39,053 nucleotides of DNA. It comes from Chiloscyllium plagiosum (taxonomy: Eukaryota). The notes beneath the pieces were generated by a model. That model was given only the letters and a program-made list of their open reading frames with translations. It was not told the origin of the DNA and ran no database searches. Of the stretch, positions 24,353-34,554 are shown one piece after another. The translations under genes were made by a program, and so were the position numbers. The stretch's first letter is position 1. Each line of letters begins with the position of its first letter. The DNA is taken from positions 47,031,320 through 47,070,372 of the forward strand of contig NC_057728.1 in NCBI RefSeq assembly GCF_004010195.1, in the 5' to 3' direction.

Positions 24353-26454
24353 ATCATGAGTTGATGGTCTACATTTTCCTAGTAACAAGGAACTTCAGCC
24401 AGTGCAATCCAGAAAATTATCAATCAGGATGTTCCATAGACCCTTGTGAGCAAGATTTCTCATTAGCAACAGTTTAAAGATTAATCAGAAAATAACCTTC
24501 AAGTGTATTGCCAGAATGGAATTAACTTTAATTCCATACAGGACCATATTGCCCAAGGATGCACAATGTAAAATATACCTTTAAATTTGAAAGTTAACAA
24601 CAACTGTTAAGCACGTGCAAAAGAATTGAAAAGTAAGTGTTTCCTTACAAGACTTCCATAATAAAAAAATAAATAAATTAGGTCATGGTTACTGCTTTTA
24701 TCAGGATTGTTTATATTACTCTGTTCACACTGCTCAACATACAGAGCATAAATAGTTATTATATGCTTAAGCCTTAAATGAAAAGTCACTGGATCCCTTA
24801 ATCTGATTGATCTGAAGTAAAATATTGCCAAGGATTTGTGGTAATTCATGATTGTTATCAGTTGTAACCGTAAAAATGCTTAATTGTCCTCATAAGGATA
24901 AAATTGTTTCCTTCTGAAAAATTAATGACATTACGATTCAAAAAAAACCTTGTTATTTTTAACTAGGAGGAATGATCTTTGTATTGTCTTGCTGAGAGGA
25001 GGTGTACCTTGCAATTAATAATCCAAAAGCAGCAGCAAGTGTGCACTTTCTCACCATTTCTGTCTCCTTAAATTTCCCGTGTTGGACCTCATTCTGTCTC
25101 TGTGCATGTTTCCCTCTGCCACTCACAGCTGTCAAATGCTCATGTTTCCCAAATGTATATTCAAGCTGCAGCAGCATTTCAGATTTTACTCTGAAATGCG
25201 AAGCATGCATCAAAAGGAGAACGTGGTAATATATGTAATTAAGTCTAAAGGACAATGTATAAATAACAAGATGGAAGGCATCAACATAGTCATTCAATGA
25301 GTTTTTCACACAACAATTCAAATCTAACAATTATTAAAGGTTGGGTCAGAGAATCACAGATGTGTAATGCCTTCCTCTGAAGACATTACACATCTGTTAA
25401 CTACATGCAAAAATGTTTCTTCCTCTGAATGCACAAAAGGTGGTTTATTAAATTGCATGGTGAAAATCAGGCAATTTGTCTATTTATAGTTACAGTGTTG
25501 CATCCTTGCATCTGTTCACATTGGCAGATTGTGCCACCCAATCCCCCACTTTGTCCCACCCTCCACCAACCTTCCTAATAAACTTCTCTTTAAAGTTGCA
25601 TCTGCTTTGAAGGTTTCATTTGATTTCAATGACCTCCACTCCCACTTTAAAGCCAAAAGGGCTTCCTTGAATGAATGCCAGCAACGTACCTTCAAAATGA
25701 TTTATATTAGCAAAATAACTGATGACAAAAATAGGACAAGCCTTGATCTCCACTAATGATGGCAAGATGCAACAAGCAGCATTAAGCAAGTCAAACTAAT
25801 GTTAATATGTGCGTGCATGTGCACCTTTTTTTTGCTTTAGTGACTAGTAAATGTGACTGCTCATTGGTGAGAGTCATTTTAACTATTGCTATGAATTCCA
25901 CTGTAAGGCAGAACATGGATTTTTTTCTAAAAAATGATTTTAAAATTCATAACATGCTGTGGCTCAATGACGTCTGTGTTGCTTAGGAGACAAGCAGCAT
26001 GCTCCTGGCAGCAATTAAACCTTGCCACACATCCACAGTGCAGTTGTACATTTTGAAGAATCACTGATTTTCTGTGTAAATGTGTCATAAAAAGCAATAC
26101 AGAAACAAGCTGAATTTAAATTAACCTAAAAAAGTGATTTTGTAGTATTACTACACATAATGTAATATTAACATAGAAACAGAATGAAATTTTGTTTGCC
26201 ACGGGTGAGGATTGGGGGAAAAGTCCGATTGGGCTCCACTGCCTACAGGGAAAAGGGCTTTGTTAAAGTTGTACAAAATAACGGAATGTGAGGGACAGCA
26301 TTTTTTCATTTCCTTCCATATTGCACAGGGGCATTTAAGTGGTAGTTTAACCTTCCATTCTACATTTATCTGTCCCAAAATGGATTTCTCGAGCTGTGTG
26401 GATCTTCCATGTGCACAAGGCAAGAAGAACAAAGTCATTGATCAGTGAAACTGA

Positions 26455-27220
26455 CATGCTAGAAAGCATATCAACAGAGGTACTGAATAGCATGGTGAAA
26501 TGGTGAAAAAATTGCAGCACGCTGCTGTGCAAAGGTACATGGGTGTCCTTGTGCATGAATCACAAAAAATGGTTTGCAGGTGCAGCAGGTAATTAAAAAG
26601 GCAAATGAAATGTTGTCCTTTATTGCTAGAGGGAAGGAGTTTAAAAACAGGACAGTTATGCTGCAGATGTATACAGTGCTGGTGAGGCCACAGTGCACAG
26701 TTTTGATCTCCTTACTTGAGAAAGGATGTACTAACGCTGGAGCGGGTGCAGAGGAGGTTCACTATGTTAATTCTGAAGTCAAGAGGTTTGGTTTATGAGG
26801 AAAGATTGGGACTATACTCATTGAAATTTAGAAGTATGGGGTGGGGGGATCTTATGGAAACATAAAGTTTTGAAGGGAATAGATGAGCTAGAAGCAGGGA
26901 GATTGTTTCCACTGACGGGTGAAATGGGGGCATAGCCTCAAAATAAGGGGGAGCAGATTTAGGACTGAGTTGAGGAGGAATTTCTTCACCCAAAGGGTTG
27001 TGAATCTGTGGAATTCCCTGCCCAGTGAAGCAGTTGAGGCTACCTCATTAAATGTTTTTAAGGCATAGATGTATTTTTGAACAGAAAGGGAATTAAGGGT
27101 TTTGGTGAGCGGGCAGGTAAGTGGAGTTGAGTCCACAAAACGATCAGCCATGATCTCATTGAATAGCAAAGTAAGCTCAATAGGCCAGATGTCCTACTCC
27201 AGGTCCTATTGCTTATGTTT
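26455..27220 (+). mobile_element. CR1 LINE 3' portion
   Basis: QVQQVIKKANEMLSFIARG.EFK..VMLQMYTVLVRP; ttcttcacccaaagggttgtgaatctgtggaattccctgccc (FFTQRVVNLWNSLP); CR1 3'UTR. Confidence 0.9.
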
Positions 27221-27242
27221 GTACACCTACTGGAAACCGTGA

Positions 27243-27341
27243 AGAGTGAGGTGCTGGAAAAGCACAGCCAGTCAGGTAGCAGCTGAAGAACAGGAGAATT
27301 AATGTTTCGGGCATAAGTCCTTCATCAGGAAAGGCTTATAC
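27243..27341 (-). mobile_element. PLE 3' fragment with hammerhead motif and vestigial inverted arm
   Basis: Minus strand reads CTGATGA aggac ttat gccc GAAA catta; immediately followed on plus by aaggcttatac (27331-27341), resembling the start of an inverted copy. Confidence 0.75.
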
Positions 27342-27499
27342 ACACAACACTTGTTTTGAGAGGGTGATTAAGATGGTAGGAACAAGTTTTGGAAGTCACT
27401 TTGATTGTCAGCATTAAGGTAATATCGTCAGCATATCAGATGCAATCTATATTACTGGTACTGTATATTACTCTAAACCTACTGACTACCAGCCTTTAC

Positions 27500-29580
27500 T
27501 GCAGAGAAGGTGTGAGGTATATAGTATTGACCTTGAAGAGCAAACGAAGGCAAGAAACTCCATCAGCAGGAGCAGCAACAACATCTATCATCTCCACAGC
27601 CTCATGCTACTCCACGGGGCCAAAGGAAAACACACAGAACAGCAGGTGATATCCTCCAAATGGTGTGGAAGTAAGACTGCACAACCTGCAGCCCTCACAT
27701 TCATCCCCAATCATGCTTGCCATGTATATCACTGTGTGCACATTCACAATGAGGAGACCAGACAGCCACAGAACGCTCCTTTTTATACTGGTTGGTTCTC
27801 ATACATCAAAGGTATGTTGAAATACACACATAGCAAGCAAGGTGCCATCAGATAACCCTGGAGTGTTCATCAACCTGCAGGGTTTCAGAATGGACATTAA
27901 ATACTGGCCTTTCCAGTGGCCCCACATACCAAGACCTGCCCTCCTTTGTGCATGTGTTTGTGTCTATGCAAGGGACAAGTCATGAATACCCTGAGAATAA
28001 TCCCCATTTCCAAATCCTTTCTTCATCCTCCCTCCCATAGCCCACCTATACTGCCATCACTGCCATCATTCTCAGCATTACATTCAGCCCCTAGAGTTAT
28101 GTTTTGTTCTCTCCTCTGTAAACTGAATATTGGCAGCCAGGGGGTGTCCAGGCCACTGGTGTGGGACAGTAGGTTTTCAGTGGTCTGTCACATCTGATTC
28201 ATTCTTTCAGTGGCGCTTATCATCAATGCTCATGCCTGAGTTATCATTGTACTCATGCTCAAGATGGAGGGCACCATTCAGATGGCATGCAGTGCCCCAT
28301 CTTGGAAAATCTGATAGAAATGCATCCATTTCCTGTTGCTGCTCCATGCTTTTATTTGTTGATGACCCCTGAGGCTCAACATCTTTGTCCAGCTGAGTAT
28401 AGCTTGGAATGTCTTGTGCCTTCTCACAGGGACTCTCCTCTGCCATCCTAGTGTCCAGCACCTATTCCCACTCACATGATGTACTCCCCAAAATATAATA
28501 CCCTATTTCAATGTGGCTGGCCACATTGAGGTGTATGTTTCCACACTGGGTGGAAGATATGCAGGAGTCATGCAATGGTGTATTCTGAGTCAGTTGGTCT
28601 TCTTCAAGCTTCTCACTTATCTCCTCCACTGGGACCCGCAATGGCAATGTTGGACAAGAAAGGCAGGAGCCAGTACTGGACAGAATTGAAATAGGATTTT
28701 GAATTGAGCTTGTGAAGATCTCGACAATGGGCATATGATTGCTTCATCTAATGTTGTAAAAAGGTCTTTGAACACCCCAACTCTTCATCTCCAGCAATCA
28801 GTATTAGTGCCACTATACTGAGTTAAAGGACTTCCTCCATCATTGCAATCCAGGTAGCAATATATGCAGGTTACACCCCAACCCCATATTCCCCATTCTC
28901 CTCTTCTCCCTGTGGTAGCGACTCCCAGGTCTACAAGAATCTCAGGGATTCCCTTTCCCACTGCAACTCCCAGGTCATTTCCTCTGCCCTGAAGCTCTTC
29001 AACCATGTCCTGAAACAAACTCGCTACCATAGTCACATTTGTTACTCTATGCTACTTTCTCCCCACCCCCACCCTCCTCTAGCTTATCTCTCCACGCTTC
29101 AGGCTCTCTGCCTTTATTCCTGATGAAGGGCTTTTGCGCGAAATGTCCTCGGATGCTGCCTGAAATGCTGTGCTCTTCCAGCACCACTAATCCAGTTATA
29201 ACAAGGTGCCCAATGAACTGATTGTTGAGGACAGTGGTAGACACGTGAGAAGGGAGGACTGGGAAAGAGACAGAGGAACAGAGAAAGCTGGGTTTAATCA
29301 TTGTTGGTTGAGATGGAGATTTGCAGAGGTGGATGGGAAGGCATGATGGTATGTGTCAGCAAAGATTGTGTGTATCGGTGAGAGGAGAGGAATGACCAGA
29401 CTCTTCCTCCCATCCTTGGAGAAGGTGACTCCTCTGGGCTTCAATGTATTCTATATCAGTCTGAGAATCTGCAAGGGGCAGTCTACCCAAGTCTAACCTC
29501 CATTTTTCACCAGTTTCACACTTGTATCTTGAAAACCAAAGTCAGTGTTGCCATTTTGAATTCTGCCAAGTCCATTTAAA
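27500..29580. mobile_element. Decayed two-gene PIF/Harbinger transposon (transposase +, Myb/SANT-like gene -)
   Basis: Plus: GWFSYIKGMLKYTH, then frameshifted KVPSDNPGVFINLQGF (27839-27886), resembling the GxIDCTH..P....NRKG.S motif. Minus: APCRFSD (29459-29479) and FSKDGRK (29403-29423), resembling a Myb/SANT N-terminus. Boundaries uncertain. Confidence 0.6.
28930..29195 (+). mobile_element. PLE fragment: ORF 5' part fused to 3'UTR with hammerhead motif
   Basis: YKNLRDSLSHCNSQVISSALKLFNHVLKQTRYHSHI, whose DNA matches 38766-38796, is joined at ~29041 to a 3'UTR with CTGATGA (29120-29126)..GAAA (29140-29143). Confidence 0.85.
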
Positions 29581-29609
29581 GAGAGATTATTCACTGTATG
29601 TTTAGGCAT

Positions 29610-29755
29610 GTCACAGAGATCTATAGCACAGAGAAAAAAACCTTCGGCCAATCACACCTGTGCTGGTTCAAAACAACTATTCTAATCCCATTTCCAACAT
29701 TCGGCCCATAGCCATTGTATTCCTTGGCATCGCAGCAGCACCTCTAAATTCATCC
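29610..29755 (-). mobile_element. CR1 3' tail fragment
   Basis: gtcacagagatctatagcacagagaaa..ccttcggcc..ttcggcccatagcc, reverse of a CR1 3'UTR. Confidence 0.65.
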
Positions 29756-31015
29756 CACTCACCGTCCCTGACTGGCCAAGGTAGCAGGAAATAGGATGAT
29801 AATGCCATTGCTCTGTTAGACAGTCTCAGCAAAGACCAAGGCAACATTAACTTCAGAATTCCAAATTCAGCAGCTGGGTGGAAAGTGACCGCTCTTCCAT
29901 CTTCCAGCCTGACCAAGTGTGATCATCTCCCTGATATTCCGGAGGGGTGCATTTGTTTAAAAGGACACATCATCAAATAATTGTGTTAATATGCTCCGAG
30001 AAAACCACAGAATTTATGAGCCATATCTTAGCACTGTTGTGAAAACCAATACAGATCTCAAGGTCCCCAAAAAGTTTATTCAATTTTGCAAACTCTAGTC
30101 ACTGTCATACCCCACTCAGAATGTGAGGCAAAGCAGTCAATGCACAGATGTGACCAGGCTTAATTGCATGGCTAACAGGAAATCCTTTTTACAATGTGAA
30201 ACTGTTTCTGGCAGTTCCATTGTTCCTACACAGTGCTCTGTGTGGGTTCAGAGCAGATGAGCTTGGTCTTTACAGCAGTTCAAACTGAGGATTACACTCT
30301 TGCCACCCTGTTAGTCTCCTATGACAAATATTGGGTCACAGTGTTGTTTGATATATTTGCCTGTCATATACTTTGAAAAGCACAAGAAAAGAAAAGAGAG
30401 CTAGATGCTTCTCTTCACTTCCCGAGTGATAAGATGATGAATCAAATTGAATGCATTTCAAAGAAACCACCTGCCTTTTAGTTCATTAAGTGAAGATCAG
30501 TATTAACGCCAGTACCTTTAGCACATTCAAAAATAAATTCTAAGGGCTAACAAGAAAAGATTGCACTTCTGAACAGATGCTTAGGGTGGAATTTTAACAA
30601 TTCTGTGCTGAAAACAGATACCATATCCAGACTGGGAACTCATTTGATTAAAAGACTAACACGCGTAGAATGGGAAATAGTCAGTACTTTTGAAAATATC
30701 TAAAGAAAGTTTCATGTATGTATATAATGGCACCATTTTAGGAAGTAACAATGAGTATAATCATGTAGAATTAAGCTACAGCAAAGGTAGTAACTGAAAG
30801 CTTTTGCTTTGAGTTCTTGCAAATTAGGGAGAAAGACAGAACAGAATTGTTACTGATGGCTGTAAAGAAGGAATTGGTTTTAAAATATTCGCAAAATCCA
30901 AGATGGATAACCAACCAGACAAGGGAATGGTGTCTCCCCTGAGGAAAAGAGTCTGCAGAGACAACAGAAGCTATGGTAACAATTATTAGATGGACAAATG
31001 GTGCTGTGGAACAGG

Positions 31016-31239
31016 AGAGCTGAAAATGTGTTGCTGGAAAAGCACAGCAGGTCAGGCAGCATCCAGGGAACAAGAGAATCGACGTTTCGGGCATAAGCCC
31101 TTCTTCAGGAATGTTGAAGAAGGGCTTATGCCCGAAACGTCGATTCTCCTGTTCCCTGGATGCTGCCTGACCTGCTGCGCTTTTCCAGCAACACATTTTC
31201 AGCTCTGATCTCCAGCATCTGCAGACCTCACTTTCTCCT
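31016..31239 (+). mobile_element. PLE-derived fold-back mini-element B
   Basis: 92-bp inverted arms 31016-31107 / 31115-31206 (2 mismatches), 7-nt spacer, tail 31207-31239; direct repeat CTGTGGAACAGGAGAG at 31004-31019 and 31238-31253. Confidence 0.95.
31077..31112 (-). ncRNA. Intact minimal type-I hammerhead ribozyme motif
   Basis: Minus strand reads auuc CUGAAGA a GGGC-uuau-GCCC GAAA C GUC gauu: full core, GUC triplet, palindromic ACGU. Confidence 0.8.
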
Positions 31240-31705
31240 GTGGAACAGGAGAGTCTGCCAGTTGGATTAATTTAGTCAATAGTTTTTCTTGGAGTATTTC
31301 TTGGAAGTTCCACTTCAAGCTGTTCTAGCTGTGGAAGGAAAACCTATTGGGTTGATGTTGTGCTTTCCAGCACTGTTAATAAAACTAATACACTAGGTAA
31401 CACCATTGGCTAACCTAGCACCATCATTTCATTTAATGAATGAGACAGTACTTTATCTCACCAAAGCATATTTTGGCTCTGTCAGATTCTCTGAGTCTTT
31501 GAAAGCTACATTTTTAAAAACTGATTTCTCAACCATGTTAATAAGAAATTTGTTAAATCACCTTGCTAAACTAAAGTAAAACAAAACAAATTGGCAGAAC
31601 TTAATGGTGAGCAGTTTGGCAAATGCCCTCGTTTATTATGTATACCATTGTTATTGCCAGTCTTTCTAGAGCTGCTGAATCCCAGCAGCTGCTCAGGAGC
31701 CAGTG

Positions 31706-32153
31706 TTGTAGGATTTGAGATATAGGGAGAGGCTGAACATGCTGGGGCTATTTTTCCCTGGAGCATTGGAGGCTGAGGCCTGACCTTAGAGGTTTACAAT
31801 ATTATGAGGGACATGGATAGGATACATAGACAAAGTCTTTTCCCTGGGGTTGGGGAGTCCAGAACTAGAGGGCATAAGTTTAGGGTGAGAGGGGAAAGAT
31901 ATAGAAGAGACCTAAGGGGCAACTTTTTCACAGAGGGTGGTACGTGTATGGAATGAGCTGCCAGAGGATGTGGTGGAGGCTGGTACAATTGCAACATTTA
32001 AGAGGCATTTGGATGGATATATGAATAGGAAGGGTTTGGAGGGATATGGGCCGGGTGCTGGCAGGTGGGACTAGATTGAGTTGGGATATCTGGTTGGCAT
32101 GGACAGGTTAGACCAAAGGGTCTGTTTCCATGCTGTACATCTCTATGATTCTA
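31706..32153 (+). mobile_element. CR1 (HER1-like) LINE 3' end
   Basis: LFPGVGESRTRGHKFRVRGERYRRDLRGNFFT; 3'UTR gggtctgtttccatgctgtacatctctatgattcta resembles the HE1 tails. Confidence 0.92.
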
Positions 32154-32559
32154 ATTGAACCAAAGAGCGACTGCACACAAGAAAGTGAAATATCTATTAT
32201 TGACATCAAAGTCTCTCATTGAGAGAATAAATCAGTGGCAGATCATCACAACAGAATAGCCCTCATACAAAATGTTTAATCATCAACTTCCAACAATCTT
32301 ACAATTCATACAATTTAAGGTGAAGTATTATTGATTGACATGTTGTATTTTAAGAATGTAGTATTTCTCTAACAGAAGGCCTGGGCATGATACAACTACT
32401 TCTTCTGTGCAAAGTAACAAAATTGCACACAATGTATAACCTTACACATTTGCTGCAGTGACCACAAGGGGGAACTTCTATATTAATAAATCTATTGCTT
32501 TGAGAGATTCACTGAGGGCAGTAAATACATTGCACACAGAGAACCAAATATCACAGCCC

Positions 32560-33050
32560 GAGGAGTGGGGTAAATCATTTAGAACTGAGATGAGGAGAAA
32601 TTTATTTTGCCAGAGAGTGCTGAGCCTGAGGAATTCATCACCATAGAAATCATTTGAGGCCAAAACATTGTATGATTTCGAGAAGGAGTTGGATGTAGCA
32701 CTTGGTGCTAAAGGGATATAGGGAGAAGTAAGAACATGCTATTGATCATAATAAATTACGTAGCAGGTTAAAGGGTCAAATGCTGAAAATGTGTTGCTGG
32801 AAAAGCGCAGCAGGTTAGGCAGCATCCAAGGAGCAGGAGAATCGACATTTCGGGTATGAGCCCTTCTTCAGGAATGAGGTCCTCATTCCTGAAGAAGGGC
32901 TCATGCCCGAAAAATCAATTCTCCTGCTCCTTGGATGCTGCCTACCCTGCTGCGCTTTTTCAGCAACACATTTTCAGCTCTGATCTCCAGCATCTGCAGT
33001 CCTCACTTTCTCCTAAAGGGTCAAATGGCCTATTCCTGCTTCTTTTTTCT
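32560..33050 (+). mobile_element. CR1 3' fragment split by fold-back element C
   Basis: FRTEMRRNLFCQRVLSLRNS; the 3'UTR aagggtcaaatg|gcctattcctgct is interrupted. Confidence 0.8.
32782..33014 (+). mobile_element. PLE-derived fold-back mini-element C
   Basis: 98-bp inverted arms 32782-32879 / 32881-32978 (6 mismatches), 1-nt spacer, tail 32979-33014; direct repeat TAAAGGGTCAAATG at 32769-32782 and 33014-33027. Confidence 0.95.
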
Positions 33051-33120
33051 TTGTTTCTCTGTTTATTTGAGGCTGCAGGATTTGCTTCCAGGTTCAGTAC
33101 ATGTGGATCAATGTGAGTAT

Positions 33121-33808
33121 TGTTATGAAGGTGTAGACATGTACTGTGCCTTTAAGAGAGTGAAGGACTTGACAACCACACTGAGTGCTAGAAAATTTAC
33201 AATGTAACATTTGATTCAGAACAGATAGCACTGGCTAAATTGCTATGAGACAAAAACAAATTCAAATTCAGACAATCAGTTTAAATTATACCCCCAAAAA
33301 AACTCCAATCAAGTATGAATTTAGTATTTTGACAATCTTAAAAGCCAATGACAGAATCCGATGCTTTGGTGGGGGGGTATAAGACCAGGGAAAATTGAAC
33401 AGTTGAGAGGAGAACTGTCCATCCACCAGCATGTAGAGACTGCCCAAAAAAATAGCTTTCTTAAAGGTGCCTTTATCGATCAATGACCTGTGAAACAGAA
33501 ATCCCTAAGAAGAAGAAAAGAAGACAGGAATACAAAGAAGAACCAAACTTTGAGATAAGAAGTTTTGTTCCATAAAATCTTAATTTGGATTAGGATTGTA
33601 GAAGGGGAAGGTTTAAGATAGGTTAGAGGAAGGAAGGAGGTATAAGTAGTTGTTAGTTAATTATTCTCTGTTGTACTTTAAGAAATAAAGTTGTTAATCT
33701 TTACTTTAAATAGTTCTTAGCTTCTTGAATTTTCACAGATTACTGCATAGGATAAATCCTGTGTTACTGGAGTAAATTAAGCAGGAGGGTTTACTCAGTG
33801 TTGTAACA
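33121..33808 (+). mobile_element. Solo LTR (Gypsy- or ERV-type)
   Basis: 688 bp, termini TGTTA...TAACA, flanked by a GTAT/GTAT 4-bp duplication (33117-33120, 33809-33812); AATAAA at 33684-33689. Confidence 0.8.
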
Positions 33809-34344
33809 GTATGGAGTTGAGATAGAGATCAGCCAACATATATTTGTTTGATGGAACAGGCCCAAGGGACGAAATGGCCTATAAATGATCCTATGTTTTT
33901 TACACTTTGATTCTGAAAGCATGATCAGGGCATATCAGAGACCTGGGAGGACTGGGGGCCTGCAGGTGGTGATTGAGTTCAGAGGCCTGGGAAAGAGACT
34001 GGGTGGAACTTTGTATTTCTAATTGTAAATTGGTAACATTTTTGGAGAAGGCTGGGTGCAGGGGAAGCTGCCAATCACAAGAGTAGCCTAGGGAAGCATG
34101 TAGCAGGTAGATAGGTAGAAGGCATTCATTTCAGTAACTCCCACCACCATCCCCATCCCATCTGGTCATGGCGGTCTGGTGTTACAAGGGTCAGGAAACT
34201 TAAGTGTTCGTAGTTACTCCTTGTTTTGACAATGAAACTCACTATCTGCAACCCAGAGTGTCAAGGTTGGAGGTATCTACTGAGATTCTGACATTTAAGA
34301 TTGCAACCTGTCCAATATATTCTAGTTTAGTTTGGTTAAAATTC

Positions 34345-34510
34345 CCTACTATGTCAACATTCAAAATAAAGTTGGATTGGTAGATAACTGGAATGGGGTT
34401 GTAAGGCTGTTGGAAATGTGAGGAACTATTTACTCAGAGGCAGCATAATGACTGATGAAGGTTAGCTGAGCTGTATGGCTAGTCTCTGCATTGTAACCTC
34501 AATGTCTCTC
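34345..34510 (+). mobile_element. Old CR1 3' fragment
   Basis: acattcaaaataaagttggattggtag (TFKIKLD-like) and gagctgtatggctagtctctgcattgtaac tail. Confidence 0.4.
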
Positions 34511-34554
34511 TGCATTTTTAGTATGAGGCAAAACATTATAGAGAAAGACTATGG

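Noticed and set aside
24119..33014. Palindromes as TIR DNA-transposon MITEs or intrinsic terminators
   Set aside because: They are asymmetric (one-sided tail), have variable-length TSDs and unique spacers, and are homologous to PLE 3' ends; the DNA is eukaryotic
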